Shown: in pieces, positions 1 through 9,693 of the stretch | How the letters are laid out: every line of letters begins with the position of its first letter | How positions within the stretch are numbered: the first letter of the stretch is position 1 | Source of the DNA: an uncultured Candidatus Rokubacteria bacterium | Lineage (GTDB): Bacteria; Methylomirabilota; Methylomirabilia; Rokubacteriales; DASRDR01 | Reading direction: 5' to 3' | NCBI GenBank assembly: GCA_963708025.1 | Contig: CAVPSB010000031.1 | Coordinates: forward strand, 320,001 to 384,000 | DNA: 64,000 bases | Program-made: the position numbers and the translations under genes | The notes under the pieces: generated by a model | The model's input: only the letters and a program-made list of their open reading frames with translations | What the model was told of the DNA's origin: nothing | Databases searched by the model: none

Positions 1-768
1 GGCCTGCCGCCGGCCATCCTGTGGCCGGTGGCGCTGGCGCTGGCCGCGATGCTCGGTAGCTTCCTGAATGTCTGCATCTCGCGCCTGCCCCGGGGCGAGA
101 GCATCGTCTCGCCCCCGTCGCACTGCCCGCGGTGCGACACGGCGATCCGCGCCTATGACAACATCCCCCTCGTCTCGTTCGCGGCGCTCGGCGGTCGCTG
201 CCGGGCTTGCCGGGCTCCGATCTCCTGGCGGTACCCGCTCGTCGAGGCCCTGGCCGTCGCCGCCGGCGCCCTGGTGCTGTGGCAGCTCGGCCCGACCTGG
301 GACGGCCTCCGGGCGTTCGTGCTCCTGCTGGCGCTGATCGCCATCACCTTCACCGACCTCGAGCACCACATCATCCCGGACTGGATCACGTTGCCGGGCA
401 TCCTGGTGGGGCTGGCCTTCCAGCTCTACCCGTCGCCCCGGGCCGTGATCGACGGCCTCCTCGGCTGTCTGCTCGGCGGCGGGATCTTCTACCTGATCGC
501 GTGGCTCAGCCCGAAGGTCTTCGGTCAGGAAGGAATGGGCGGGGGCGACATCAAGCTCGCCGCGATGATGGGCGCCTTCCTGGGCTGGAAAGTCGTGCTC
601 GTCGCCATCTACGTGGCGGTCCTGGTCGGCGGCGTCGGCGGCGCGCTCCTCCTCCTGCTCCGACTCAAGCGGCTGGGGCAGCACCTGGCCTTCGGTCCCT
701 TCCTGGCCCTGGGTGGCGTCGTCGCCGCGCTGTGGGGGCGCCCTTTCCTGGGCTGGTACTTCGGGTAG
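1..768 (+). CDS. pilD: prepilin peptidase/N-methyltransferase (5' end probably outside window)
   Basis: GSFLNV..R.P, two CxxC pairs, ISWRYPLVE, FTDLE and MGGGDIKL motifs; frame is open from base 1. Confidence 0.95.
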   Translation, partial: GLPPAILWPVALALAAMLGSFLNVCISRLPRGESIVSPPSHCPRCDTAIRAYDNIPLVSFAALGGRCRACRAPISWRYPLVEALAVAAGALVLWQLGPTWDGLRAFVLLLALIAITFTDLEHHIIPDWITLPGILVGLAFQLYPSPRAVIDGLLGCLLGGGIFYLIAWLSPKVFGQEGMGGGDIKLAAMMGAFLGWKVVLVAIYVAVLVGGVGGALLLLLRLKRLGQHLAFGPFLALGGVVAALWGRPFLGWYFG

Positions 769-774
769 CCGGCG

Positions 775-1785
775 GTGGCTGAGCATTCCCAGCGGGGCTC
801 GCGGCCCGCGGCTCCTCCACCGCCCGCCGGCTCGAGGTGGGCGCGCCGCGACCTGACCCTGGCCCTCGTCCTCGCGACCCTCATCCCGGCCGTGTCGGCC
901 GGCCACCTGGCGCTCTCCTATCTCGTCCGCGACGGCGCCCGGAGCCCGGTCTACGGGGCCAGCCTGCCGGTCCTCCTGCTGGGCAACCTCGTGCTCGGCC
1001 TTCTCCTGCTCGTCATGCTGTACCGGTCACGGCGGCGCCTCGAGACGCCGACCCCGGTCACGCCGCCCCGGTCGGCCAGCGACGCCCCCGGTCAGTCCGG
1101 GCAGCCCGGCGAGGGCCTCCAGGCCCTCCTCGCCTCCGAGCGGACCGACGAGGTGGGCGCGCTCATGCGCGAGTTCACCCGCATCCTCGAGGTGCTCCAG
1201 GAGCAGGCCTCCCAGGTCCAGGACTACGCGGGGCGCTTCGAGGCGATCAACGAGGAGCTGCGGAACGCCAACCTCCGCCTGCGGGAGCTGTCTCTGACCG
1301 ACGAGCTGACCGAGGTCGGCAACCGGCGCAACTTCGACGTCCGGATCCGGGAGGAGATCAACCGGTCCACCCGGTTCGGCCACGCCTTCAGCCTGCTCCT
1401 CCTGGACATCGATCAGTTCAAGGCGTTCAACGACGAGTTCGGTCATCCCCAGGGCGACGCGGTGCTCCGTGGCCTGGGCGCCCTGATGCGGTCGATGTCG
1501 CGGGAGGGCGACGTGCCGTGCCGGATCGGCGGCGAGGAGTTCGCCTTCATCTTGCCGGAGACGCTCAAGGCGGACGCCCTGGCCTTCGCGGAGCGCATGC
1601 GCCGCGGGGTCGAGGCGACCATCATGGCGCCCGACCGGAAGCGCCCCATCACGATCAGCATCGGGCTCGCCGCCTTTCCCGAGGACGGGAAGTCGCCGGA
1701 GGACCTCCTCCGGTCGGCCGACGAAGCCCTCTACGAGTCCAAGCGCACCGGGCGCAACCGGGTCACCGCCTACCTGCGGAAGTGA
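775..1785 (+). CDS. membrane-anchored diguanylate cyclase (GGDEF)
   Basis: two hydrophobic segments, coiled coil, TDELT..GNRR, DIDQFK..ND..GH..GD, RxxD (REGD) I-site and GGEEF. Confidence 0.93.
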   Translation: MAEHSQRGSRPAAPPPPAGSRWARRDLTLALVLATLIPAVSAGHLALSYLVRDGARSPVYGASLPVLLLGNLVLGLLLLVMLYRSRRRLETPTPVTPPRSASDAPGQSGQPGEGLQALLASERTDEVGALMREFTRILEVLQEQASQVQDYAGRFEAINEELRNANLRLRELSLTDELTEVGNRRNFDVRIREEINRSTRFGHAFSLLLLDIDQFKAFNDEFGHPQGDAVLRGLGALMRSMSREGDVPCRIGGEEFAFILPETLKADALAFAERMRRGVEATIMAPDRKRPITISIGLAAFPEDGKSPEDLLRSADEALYESKRTGRNRVTAYLRK

Positions 1786-1941
1786 TCGGTGGTCCCGCCG
1801 CCCAGTTTCGTTCCGGGGCGGAGCCCAGTTTTGGCCGACGGCGGCCAATTTTCGGGCGGGCCCCGCGGACCGGCGATCCCAGGCGAGAGATGCCGGCGCG
1901 GAACTCCGCGTCCGTGTTGCCTTTCCCAGATCGCCGCTGTA

Positions 1942-1957
1942 TGGCCTTCCGTTTGCA
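1942..1957 (+). promoter_or_regulatory. sigma-54 -24/-12 promoter candidate for minor-pilin module 1
   Basis: TGGCCTTCCGTTTGCA: GG and TTGC at canonical spacing. Confidence 0.6.
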
Positions 1958-2150
1958 CTCTCCTCCCGGTTCCGCGCCGAACGGGCGCAACGCAGAAGTT
2001 GACAGGGAGAAGACGGCTGCGAGATCCTGACCGGTCCAAACGGCCCTGGGTGGCTCGAGAGAAGAGACGAGCGAGAAGCGAGATGAGGCAGCGCAGTCAG
2101 CCGAAACCGACCATCGTCGAGTGGGTCGCGACCACTGAGGAGGAGGCTCG

Positions 2151-2690
2151 ATGAACGGTCTGCAAGGGCGAGCACGAGAAACGGATCACGGATCCATTCG
2201 GGCCGGGCGGCGGTCGATGGTGTCCCGGCTCCGGAGCCAGGACGGCGTCACGCTCGTCGAGATGTTCGTCATCGTGAGCATCATCGGGCTCCTGGCGGCG
2301 GCGACGCTGCCCCTGGTGGGCTCGGCGGTCGGCGACGCGCGGGTGCGGGGGGCGGCGGAGCAGGTGGGGAGCGCGGCGCGCCGGGCCCGGCAGGCGGCGC
2401 TGGCGGCGGCGACGACCTACCGGTTCACCCTGAACGGGACGACCGTCGCGCTGGCCTGCATCGTGGACACCCCGCCGGGCAACGTCTGCCCGGCGAACCG
2501 GGTGCCCGACTACACCGAGCCGATGTCCGGGGATGTCGCGATCTCGCCGGTCCCCCTCACGCTGACCTTCGACGCGACCGGCGGCGCCTCGCCGGCCACG
2601 TTCACGATCAGCCACGGCAGCTCCCCCAACTATCAGGTGGCGGTCAACGCCGCCGGGAGGGTCCGGGTATGCACGCCCAGCTGCCCGTAA
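2151..2690 (+). CDS. FimT/FimU-like minor pilin
   Basis: class III signal G|VTLVE; GspH/FimT-like C-terminus (LTFDATG..VAVNAAGRV); strong RBS GAGGAGG; alternative start 2217. Confidence 0.8.
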   Translation: MNGLQGRARETDHGSIRAGRRSMVSRLRSQDGVTLVEMFVIVSIIGLLAAATLPLVGSAVGDARVRGAAEQVGSAARRARQAALAAATTYRFTLNGTTVALACIVDTPPGNVCPANRVPDYTEPMSGDVAISPVPLTLTFDATGGASPATFTISHGSSPNYQVAVNAAGRVRVCTPSCP

Positions 2691-3112
2691 CGCTGCGCTC
2701 GAACGCCGGCGTCTCCCTGATCGAGGTCATGGTCTCGCTGCTGCTCCTGTCCGTCGCGATCGCCGGGCTGGCGGTGGGCTTTCCGATCAGCCGGACCGCG
2801 GTGACGACGAGCAGCCAGATCAGCGCCGCCATCAGCCTGGCGCGCCAGACCCTGGAGGACATGCGTAACCGGGAGTACAGCTCGACGATAGACCAGATCA
2901 CGACGGCGAACTTCCCGAATCAGGGATACGGCGGCATCCCGAACTTCCCCCGGCACCGGCGCAGCATCTCCATCCAGGACGGGGTGCCGGTGGCCATCTG
3001 CGTGCCGCCCCCGGGCTCGCCGTGCATGAAGACGGTGACCGTCACCGTCTTCTACCGGGACGACAAGGGGCTGGAGCGCGGGATTCCCCTCACGAGCATC
3101 TTCGTCCGATGA
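2669..3112 (+). CDS. PilV-like minor pilin (module 1)
   Basis: G|VSLIEVM prepilin motif; LARQTLEDMR helix. Confidence 0.8.
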   Translation: MHAQLPVTLRSNAGVSLIEVMVSLLLLSVAIAGLAVGFPISRTAVTTSSQISAAISLARQTLEDMRNREYSSTIDQITTANFPNQGYGGIPNFPRHRRSISIQDGVPVAICVPPPGSPCMKTVTVTVFYRDDKGLERGIPLTSIFVR

Positions 3113-3129
3113 CGGGGGAGGGCCATCTC

Positions 3130-3831
3130 ATGACCGGCACACTCAGACAGGAACGCGGCGTCACCCTCGTGGAGCTGATGGTCAGCCTGGCCCTGACGGC
3201 CTTGCTGGCGGTCGGGGTGCTGACCATCTGGGGACAGACCCAGCAGGCGTACCTGGACGGCGCCGAGGCGTCCGACGCGCAGCAGCGGGTCCGGATCGCG
3301 ATGGACCAGATCGTCCGCACGATCCAAATGGCAGGCGCGAACCCGCGCAACCAGATCTACGCGGGCCCGGTGACGAACGATCCGGCCTTCACGGCGTTCC
3401 GGGCAGCCGGCGCGAACTGCATGCGTCTCTACTCCGACCTGAACGGGGACGGCAACGTCCAGGGGGTCCAGGAGAACGTGAGCTTCGACTGGGTCGGCGT
3501 CGGATCCCCGATCACCCAGGAGCTGGGCGGCGGCCCCGACCTGGGCCAGCCGTGGGTCGCGGCCAGCCTCGGCATCCAGGAGCTATCGCTCGACATCGTC
3601 GCCAATCCGGGCGGCACCCCGATGTTCCAGTACTTCACGGGGCCCAACGCCGCGCTGCCGAATAGCCCGATTCCCGTCGTGGCAACCCCGGTGTGTGCCA
3701 ATGCCATGACCAACCCCAACCGGACGACCATCGGCCGGGTGCTGATCACGATTACCGCGCGGGGAACGGTCGGGAGCCAGACTTTCACCCGGACCCTCGT
3801 GTCCGAGGCCCGGCCTCGGAACGTGCCTTGA
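3130..3831 (+). CDS. PilW-like minor pilin (module 1)
   Basis: G|VTLVELM; AQQRVRIAMDQI..IQMAG motif. Confidence 0.82.
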   Translation: MTGTLRQERGVTLVELMVSLALTALLAVGVLTIWGQTQQAYLDGAEASDAQQRVRIAMDQIVRTIQMAGANPRNQIYAGPVTNDPAFTAFRAAGANCMRLYSDLNGDGNVQGVQENVSFDWVGVGSPITQELGGGPDLGQPWVAASLGIQELSLDIVANPGGTPMFQYFTGPNAALPNSPIPVVATPVCANAMTNPNRTTIGRVLITITARGTVGSQTFTRTLVSEARPRNVP

Positions 3832-3844
3832 GAGGAGGCCCGTC

Positions 3845-5959
3845 ATGAAACCCGACGTCATTCCGCTCGGCGCGCCGCTCCACAACCAGCGCGGCGCCAC
3901 CCTGTTCGCGGCGATCCTCGCGCTCCTGCTGCTCAGCACGATGACCGTCGCCTTCACCCTGGTCGCGCGGGACGAGGCCTTCATCGGCCAGAACACGCGG
4001 GAGGCGGTGCAGGCGGAGTTCTCCGCCGAAGGCGGGGCGAGCCACGGGCGCTGGCTGCTCGCCCAGCGCCTCCGGGTCGACCTCCCCCGGGAGGTGGCCA
4101 ACACCCTCCGCACCACGATGATCAACGACCTCCAGACCCGCTACAACACCTCGGGGGGCGCCGCGCTGTTCCTTCTGGAGAAGGCGATTCCCCAGGGCGT
4201 CGGCCCGACGTTCTCGCTCTGCTCCACCTCCGGCGGCTGTCTGGATCCCGTCTACAGCCCGGTCGGGGAGATCCCGGACGCCCAGCAGGTGGTCATGACC
4301 GTCAACAGCACCAATCCGGCCTACACGGGCCGGATCATCGTCGGGGTGCCGCCGGGGGCGCCTCCGGTGATCACGAACGGGGGCACCGGCGCCATCTTCA
4401 ACTTCATGTGGCGGGTCGACAGCACGGGCACCGCCGGCCGGTCCACTCAGCTCATCAGCCACGACTCGGTCATCGCGACCTTGCCGGGCGGGACGTTCAC
4501 CATCGCCCTGAACTCGAACTTCGTCCAGTACGCCCACTTCATCGACCAGATGGACGACACCCAGGCGTGGATCAGCTTCCGGCACATCTACACCGGGCCC
4601 GTCCACACCAACACCCGCTTCAACATCCTGGGCAACCCGACCGGGCCCACGTTCCGGAGCGAGGCGACCCAGACGCTCAACACCACGCGCTTCAACAACA
4701 GCGGCTCGGCGACGACCGTGTCCAAGGACAGCACGGCCAACGACTGGCCGCTCCTGGGGCCGACGCCGGGGGTTCTCTGCAAGTCGGTCGACTGCACCGG
4801 CTTCACCCGGAACTACGACTTCGACCCGTCCACCCCGGCCGTCGATCCGATCCCGTTCCCGGGCGGGCCCAACCCGCCCGATCGGACGGCCGAGATCAAC
4901 CTGGCCAAGGGCCCGAACTACGTCGCCGGTCTTCCGGTCTGGGTGGCCAATGACGGGGGCCTCGCGGCGGCCGGCACCCTGAATGGCGGCATCTACATCA
5001 TCGGCGGCGTCGTGGACCTGCGGCTCGACGCCACCGCCACCGGGCAGCACATCCTCATCCAAACCGACGCCAACCACCGCACCGACATCCTGGAGAATCG
5101 GCCGCTCAACCAGACGATCGTGACCCGCCAGTGCCGGAAGACGATTAACACTGCGGTGGCCCCGTGCGTGAACGGCCAGCCCAACTGGAACATTGACGTC
5201 AACCTCGTCCCGGCGACCGCGCAGGTCCAGACCTTGACCGGCAAGTTCACCCCGGACTTCGGGACGCCGCCACCGAACAACGTCGACTTGGGCGTTATCT
5301 TCGTCGAGGGCGCGATCGGCCAGGCCGGCGCCTCTCTGAACGGGCTTCGCCAGACCCCTGGTCCCGCGAGTACTGCCGCGATCTACCAGGACCCCCTGAA
5401 CCCCAACGCCGGCTCCCGGATCACGATCGCGGCCAACGGCAACATCTTCATCACCGGGCACCTGCGGTACCAGACGGACTCGCGCGGCCTGGACGGGGTC
5501 TACGGCTCCCCGGTGGGCAGCGGCGACGACCAGCTCCTGGTCCAGAACGTCCTCGGCGTCGTCTCCTGGGGCGGAGGCATCCGCCTGGCGAGCGGGCTGA
5601 ATCAGGTCGTCCTGGCTGCGAACTACCCAGCCGTGCCCGGAACCGACCTGATTCTCCAAGGCATGTTCATGGCGCCCAACATCGCGAACGCCGCCGAGCC
5701 GATCGGCCAGATCAGCTTCGACGACCCCAACGGGGCGTATCGCGGCTTCGCCAAGCTACTGGGCGGCGTCGTCCAGAAGACGATGGGGACCTTCGGCTCG
5801 CCGGGCACCCCGGGGACCGGGTACGCGCGGGACTGGGTCTACGACGAGCGCTTCCGCCAGAATGGCCTGGCGCCGCCGCTGTTCCCCGGGTTCCCCAAGT
5901 TCACCGCGAGCACCTCGCTGGGCATCGACGACTACACCTGGCGGATGGGGAGGTTCTGA
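3845..5959 (+). CDS. large PilX-like pilin with extended C-terminal domain (704 aa)
   Basis: G|ATLFA (no Glu5), AEFSAEGG PilX motif, GPVHTN and GYARDWVYDERF..APP C-terminal motifs. Confidence 0.8.
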   Translation: MKPDVIPLGAPLHNQRGATLFAAILALLLLSTMTVAFTLVARDEAFIGQNTREAVQAEFSAEGGASHGRWLLAQRLRVDLPREVANTLRTTMINDLQTRYNTSGGAALFLLEKAIPQGVGPTFSLCSTSGGCLDPVYSPVGEIPDAQQVVMTVNSTNPAYTGRIIVGVPPGAPPVITNGGTGAIFNFMWRVDSTGTAGRSTQLISHDSVIATLPGGTFTIALNSNFVQYAHFIDQMDDTQAWISFRHIYTGPVHTNTRFNILGNPTGPTFRSEATQTLNTTRFNNSGSATTVSKDSTANDWPLLGPTPGVLCKSVDCTGFTRNYDFDPSTPAVDPIPFPGGPNPPDRTAEINLAKGPNYVAGLPVWVANDGGLAAAGTLNGGIYIIGGVVDLRLDATATGQHILIQTDANHRTDILENRPLNQTIVTRQCRKTINTAVAPCVNGQPNWNIDVNLVPATAQVQTLTGKFTPDFGTPPPNNVDLGVIFVEGAIGQAGASLNGLRQTPGPASTAAIYQDPLNPNAGSRITIAANGNIFITGHLRYQTDSRGLDGVYGSPVGSGDDQLLVQNVLGVVSWGGGIRLASGLNQVVLAANYPAVPGTDLILQGMFMAPNIANAAEPIGQISFDDPNGAYRGFAKLLGGVVQKTMGTFGSPGTPGTGYARDWVYDERFRQNGLAPPLFPGFPKFTASTSLGIDDYTWRMGRF

Positions 5960-5960
5960 C

Positions 5961-6314
5961 ATGGCGAGCGAGCGCGGCGGTCGGGGCCCCACTCGCGGAA
6001 CGAGACCGACGAGACCGACGGGCAAGGCGGGGCCGGGATCGGCCCCGCCGGCCCGGCGACGATGGCGGCCGTCGGCGCTGGAAGCCGTCGTGCTGCTGGT
6101 CCTCCTGCTGGTCGGCCTGAATTTCCTCTCTTCGCGCTCGGCGCCGGATGCCTCCGCGCCGGGCCCGGTGGCCTCCGTGGCGACGGAGGCGGCGTCGCCT
6201 CCTCCACCCCCGGCGGAAGAGCCGGTCGAGATCGAGCCGACGTCGAGCTTCCCGTCCCTGCAGTCCGTCGGCGGCGTCCTCCGAACGCAGAACGGCGCCG
6301 CGTTCAACGACTGA
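5961..6314 (+). CDS. hypothetical single-pass membrane protein
   Basis: ATG 1 nt after pilX stop with GGAGG RBS; one TM segment; Pro-rich tail. Confidence 0.55.
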   Translation: MASERGGRGPTRGTRPTRPTGKAGPGSAPPARRRWRPSALEAVVLLVLLLVGLNFLSSRSAPDASAPGPVASVATEAASPPPPPAEEPVEIEPTSSFPSLQSVGGVLRTQNGAAFND

Positions 6315-6324
6315 GACCCTGGGA

Positions 6325-6357
6325 GCGGGTCGGGGTGGCGGAGCCACCCCGACCCGC
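6325..6357 (+). terminator. GC hairpin after module 1
   Basis: GCGGGTCGGGGTGGC-GGA-GCCACCCCGACCCGC perfect stem; no T-tract. Confidence 0.5.
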
Positions 6358-6511
6358 TGGCCGAAGCACCCGGGAGTGAGGGCGGTCACCTGACCGCCGC
6401 CCGCGAGACGGCCTTCCTTCCCCCTTCCCGACCAGCGTTCGCGACCTGCCGCCCACCCCCCGGTCCCCCGGGCTCAGCGTCCCCCGTCCCCCGCCCGGCC
6501 CGGCCCTGACA

Positions 6512-6527
6512 GGGCGCCGATCTTGCA
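6512..6527 (+). promoter_or_regulatory. sigma-54 -24/-12 promoter candidate for minor-pilin module 2
   Basis: GGGCGCCGATCTTGCA: GG and TTGCA at canonical spacing. Confidence 0.5.
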
Positions 6528-6731
6528 CCCCTCCGCGGCGAGATGAACGTCGTGGAGGTCGGGGGCATGAGCCGTTCACCCCTCGGGAGCGTGCGCGGAA
6601 GGCGGCAGGGAGCGCGTTTTCGGCTGGCCGGCGCGGGCCGGGGATCGGGCCGACGGGTGCGTCGAGGAGTGACGGGGTGTGACCATTCCGATGCGGGGCG
6701 GCGGCCAGGCGCCGGTACCGGCGGGCGGGCC

Positions 6732-7112
6732 ATGAGCCACCTCGACGGGCGCGGCGCCACCCTGGTCGAGCTGCTGGTCGCCGTCATGCTGCTGGCGATC
6801 GCGCTGACCGGCCTGGCCGGATCCTACCCCCTCGCGATGCAAGCGGTCACGAGTGGAGGCCACCGGACCACCGCGACGCTGCTGGCGCAGCAGTGCATCG
6901 AGCTGGCGAAGAGCACACCCTACGATCGCCTCCCGATCGACCTGGCCCCGAGCTGTTCGGTCCACCCCGCCGGGTATGCGGCCTTCACCCGCACGCTCAC
7001 CGTGGCGCCGGGACGACCGACCGGGACGACGACGACCGTCACCGTCGAGGTCGGCTACCGGAACGGGCCGGGGGCGAACCGGGCCACCGTGGCCACCATC
7101 CTGTCGCAGTGA
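6732..7112 (+). CDS. PilV-like minor pilin (module 2)
   Basis: G|ATLVELL; similar to 2669..3112 (IALTGLAGSYP vs VAIAGLAVGFP). Confidence 0.8.
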   Translation: MSHLDGRGATLVELLVAVMLLAIALTGLAGSYPLAMQAVTSGGHRTTATLLAQQCIELAKSTPYDRLPIDLAPSCSVHPAGYAAFTRTLTVAPGRPTGTTTTVTVEVGYRNGPGANRATVATILSQ

Positions 7113-7120
7113 GGGGTGTC

Positions 7121-7909
7121 GTGCGGCCCGGATTCGGCGATCCTGTCGGCGATGCGCGCGGCGTCACCCTGGCGGAGCTGGCGGTGACTCTCGGGTTGCT
7201 GGGGTTGATCATGGCCGGGGTCGTGACGACCTGGTCGACGGCTCAGGAAGCGTACTTCGTGGGGTCGGAGGCCGCCGAGGTTCAGCAGAACATCCGGGCG
7301 GCGATGGACTTCATGGTCCGCGAGCTGCGGGCGACGGGCCGGGATGTCACCGTGTGCGCCTTCGACTACGCCGGCGCCGCCAGCCGGGACTGCACGGCGG
7401 CCAAGGCGTCCCGGTGTCAGGCGAAGCTCGGCGGCGGGTACGTGAGCTGCTCGAACGTCTTCGCCATCCCGTTCGCCGGCGCGCGGGCCACCGGGCTCCA
7501 GATCCGTTCCGACCGGAATGACAGCGGCACGATCGCCGGCACCCCCGGCGCCGGCGCGAGTGACGCCGCCGAAGAGGACGTCGTCTACGCCCTCGCCCAC
7601 GGCGCGCCCCCCTGCCCGGCGGGAGTGACCGCCTGCGTCACCCGGGACGATGGCCAGGGGTCGGTGGCGATGGTGGCGGTCGACATTCAGGGGCTCTCGT
7701 TCACCTACTACCCACGGCCGGGCTATCCGCCCTGCGACGCGGTGCCCTCCTCGGCCCCGTGCCCGCCCTTCACCCTGCCGCTGGTGAGTCAGTCCCAGGC
7801 CGACAACGTCGGGCGGATCCGGATCAGCCTCACGTCACAGACGGTGATCGGCGGTCGGCCGATCACCCGACGATTGGAGACGGACGTCCACCTGAAGAAC
7901 CGGGGATAG
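7121..7909 (+). CDS. PilW-like minor pilin (module 2), Cys-rich
   Basis: G|VTLAELA; VQQNIRAAMDFMVRELRATG; paralog of 3130..3831. Confidence 0.8.
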   Translation: MRPGFGDPVGDARGVTLAELAVTLGLLGLIMAGVVTTWSTAQEAYFVGSEAAEVQQNIRAAMDFMVRELRATGRDVTVCAFDYAGAASRDCTAAKASRCQAKLGGGYVSCSNVFAIPFAGARATGLQIRSDRNDSGTIAGTPGAGASDAAEEDVVYALAHGAPPCPAGVTACVTRDDGQGSVAMVAVDIQGLSFTYYPRPGYPPCDAVPSSAPCPPFTLPLVSQSQADNVGRIRISLTSQTVIGGRPITRRLETDVHLKNRG

Positions 7910-7923
7910 CCACGGAGGCGGCG

Positions 7924-9627
7924 ATGCGGGCGACGGTGAGGAGCCAGCAGGGGTCGGCGGTCCTCCTGGCCGTGATGGCGATGCTGGTCATGGGAGTCCT
8001 GAGCGTCTCCTTCTGGCTCCTCGCCGACGTCGAGTCGCGGGCCGGCGTGAGCCACGAGCAGCTGGCGCAGGCCGAGGCGGCCGCCGACGCCGGGCTCGAG
8101 CACGGGGGGGACCTGGTCCGGGCCGCGGCGACGGCCAGTGGCGGGTTCACGGACTGGCTCAACGGCGTCAGGGCGACCCACATGCTGATCGCCGGGGGGA
8201 CCCTGAATGGCGCGACGTACTGGGCGCGGATCGACAACGACTGCCCACCGGCGGTCCCGAGCGCGATCCGGGAGGGCGCCGACCGGTCGCCGGCTCCGGT
8301 GTGCAACCGGGAGACCGACGCCAACGGCGTCGCCGTCATCACGGCGTGGGCGGTGGCGGGGGCCGGGCGCTCCCGCGCCCGCGTCATCGTCACGGTGGAC
8401 AGCCCCTGGCAGCACGTCTGCGCCCGCGCCCGGCCGGACGACGGCCCGCACTGCAACGAGCCGGGCGATGGGAACGGAACGCCCGCGGTGAGCCCGTCGG
8501 ACCCCAACGACCCGAACGGACCGCAGGGCTATGCCGATCTGCCCCGGCCCTACCTCGGCTGCTCCCGCGTCGCGGCAGGCCTCCACAAGGCGGCGGGCGT
8601 CACCGACGCGGAGCAGCACGCGAGGTGCTACCCGCCCCTCGGCGCCTGGCAAGGGGTGTACGCCTATCCCTACCCCACCGGCCCCGGCCCGCGGATGGTG
8701 ATGATGGGCGGGCTGCCGGGGCCGGCCGGGGGCTTCCCGAGGTCCTGCCACGACGAGCCCGCCGGTGGGAACGGCAACCGGTACTTCGGCCACTTCGACT
8801 GCGCCGTGACGACCTACTGCCGGCCGGCCGAGGGCGACGTCTGTCCGGCCGGCGCCACCCGGGTCGGCTGCCTGCGCGGGCCGCTGTTCGCCGCCCGGTT
8901 CGGTGGCCTGCCCGACACGCGGGTGGTTCCCGGCCATCCGAACCAGGTCGCTTCCAACAACCCGATCGGCACCCGGTGGGTGGAGTACGATCCGGCCGCC
9001 GGGACGTGCTCCGGCGGCCACACCGGTATGGTGTGGACGGGCCCCGCCACCTTCAACACCGATGTCGGGTCACCGACGAAGCAGCTCGACGTTTACGTCA
9101 TGGGCCACTGGGGCCAGGGAAGCAACCTGAAGTTCTACGGGACGCTGGCCGTGGAGGGCACGACCGCCGGCGGCCCGGTCTTCTCGGTCGGCAACGGCGC
9201 CACCGCCGAGCTCTGGTCCGGGCCGAGCACGGCGGCCGCTGCCGGCTGGGGGTTCAGCCGCACGTACGGGTACCCGCTCGTCGCGGTCGTCTACAACCCG
9301 GCGCTGCCTCCGCCGACCATCCAGCCGACCTACGGCCCGCAGCCCCTGACGGCCGACTTCGGGACCGGGACCCCCCGGATCCACGGCATCATCTACTCCG
9401 GCGGCCGCGTCCAGTTCGGACCGCTCACCCTCGACGGCAGCGTGGTGGCCTTCGAGATCCAGACCCGGGGCGGCGCGAGCTACACCTACAACGCCACGTA
9501 CGGCGACGACACGCCGCCATCGGGCTTCCCGCCCGGCGCCGGCAACCGGGTCTCCGTCATCCGGAAATCATTCGTGGCGTGCTCGGGCTACAACGACGAC
9601 AGCGGCGGGCCGACCCCCTGCAACTAG
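7924..9627 (+). CDS. large PilX-like pilin (module 2), Cys-rich
   Basis: G|SAVLL (no Glu5), AEAAADAG PilX motif; GGAGG RBS. Confidence 0.75.
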   Translation: MRATVRSQQGSAVLLAVMAMLVMGVLSVSFWLLADVESRAGVSHEQLAQAEAAADAGLEHGGDLVRAAATASGGFTDWLNGVRATHMLIAGGTLNGATYWARIDNDCPPAVPSAIREGADRSPAPVCNRETDANGVAVITAWAVAGAGRSRARVIVTVDSPWQHVCARARPDDGPHCNEPGDGNGTPAVSPSDPNDPNGPQGYADLPRPYLGCSRVAAGLHKAAGVTDAEQHARCYPPLGAWQGVYAYPYPTGPGPRMVMMGGLPGPAGGFPRSCHDEPAGGNGNRYFGHFDCAVTTYCRPAEGDVCPAGATRVGCLRGPLFAARFGGLPDTRVVPGHPNQVASNNPIGTRWVEYDPAAGTCSGGHTGMVWTGPATFNTDVGSPTKQLDVYVMGHWGQGSNLKFYGTLAVEGTTAGGPVFSVGNGATAELWSGPSTAAAAGWGFSRTYGYPLVAVVYNPALPPPTIQPTYGPQPLTADFGTGTPRIHGIIYSGGRVQFGPLTLDGSVVAFEIQTRGGASYTYNATYGDDTPPSGFPPGAGNRVSVIRKSFVACSGYNDDSGGPTPCN

Positions 9628-9629
9628 TC

Positions 9630-9693
9630 GGCGGGGCCGGTGAGCGTCGCAACGCTCCGCCTGGTCGTGACGCGCTCGGCCTACGGCCCCGCC
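9630..9693. repeat. family B structured repeat, short variant
   Basis: GGCGGGGCCGGTGAGCGTCGCA...CGGCCCCGCC matches the termini of the 44988 copy. Confidence 0.55.

Noticed and set aside
1960-2150. c-di-GMP riboswitch before the pilins
   Set aside because: GEMM consensus elements could not be matched by eye; an Rfam scan would settle it.
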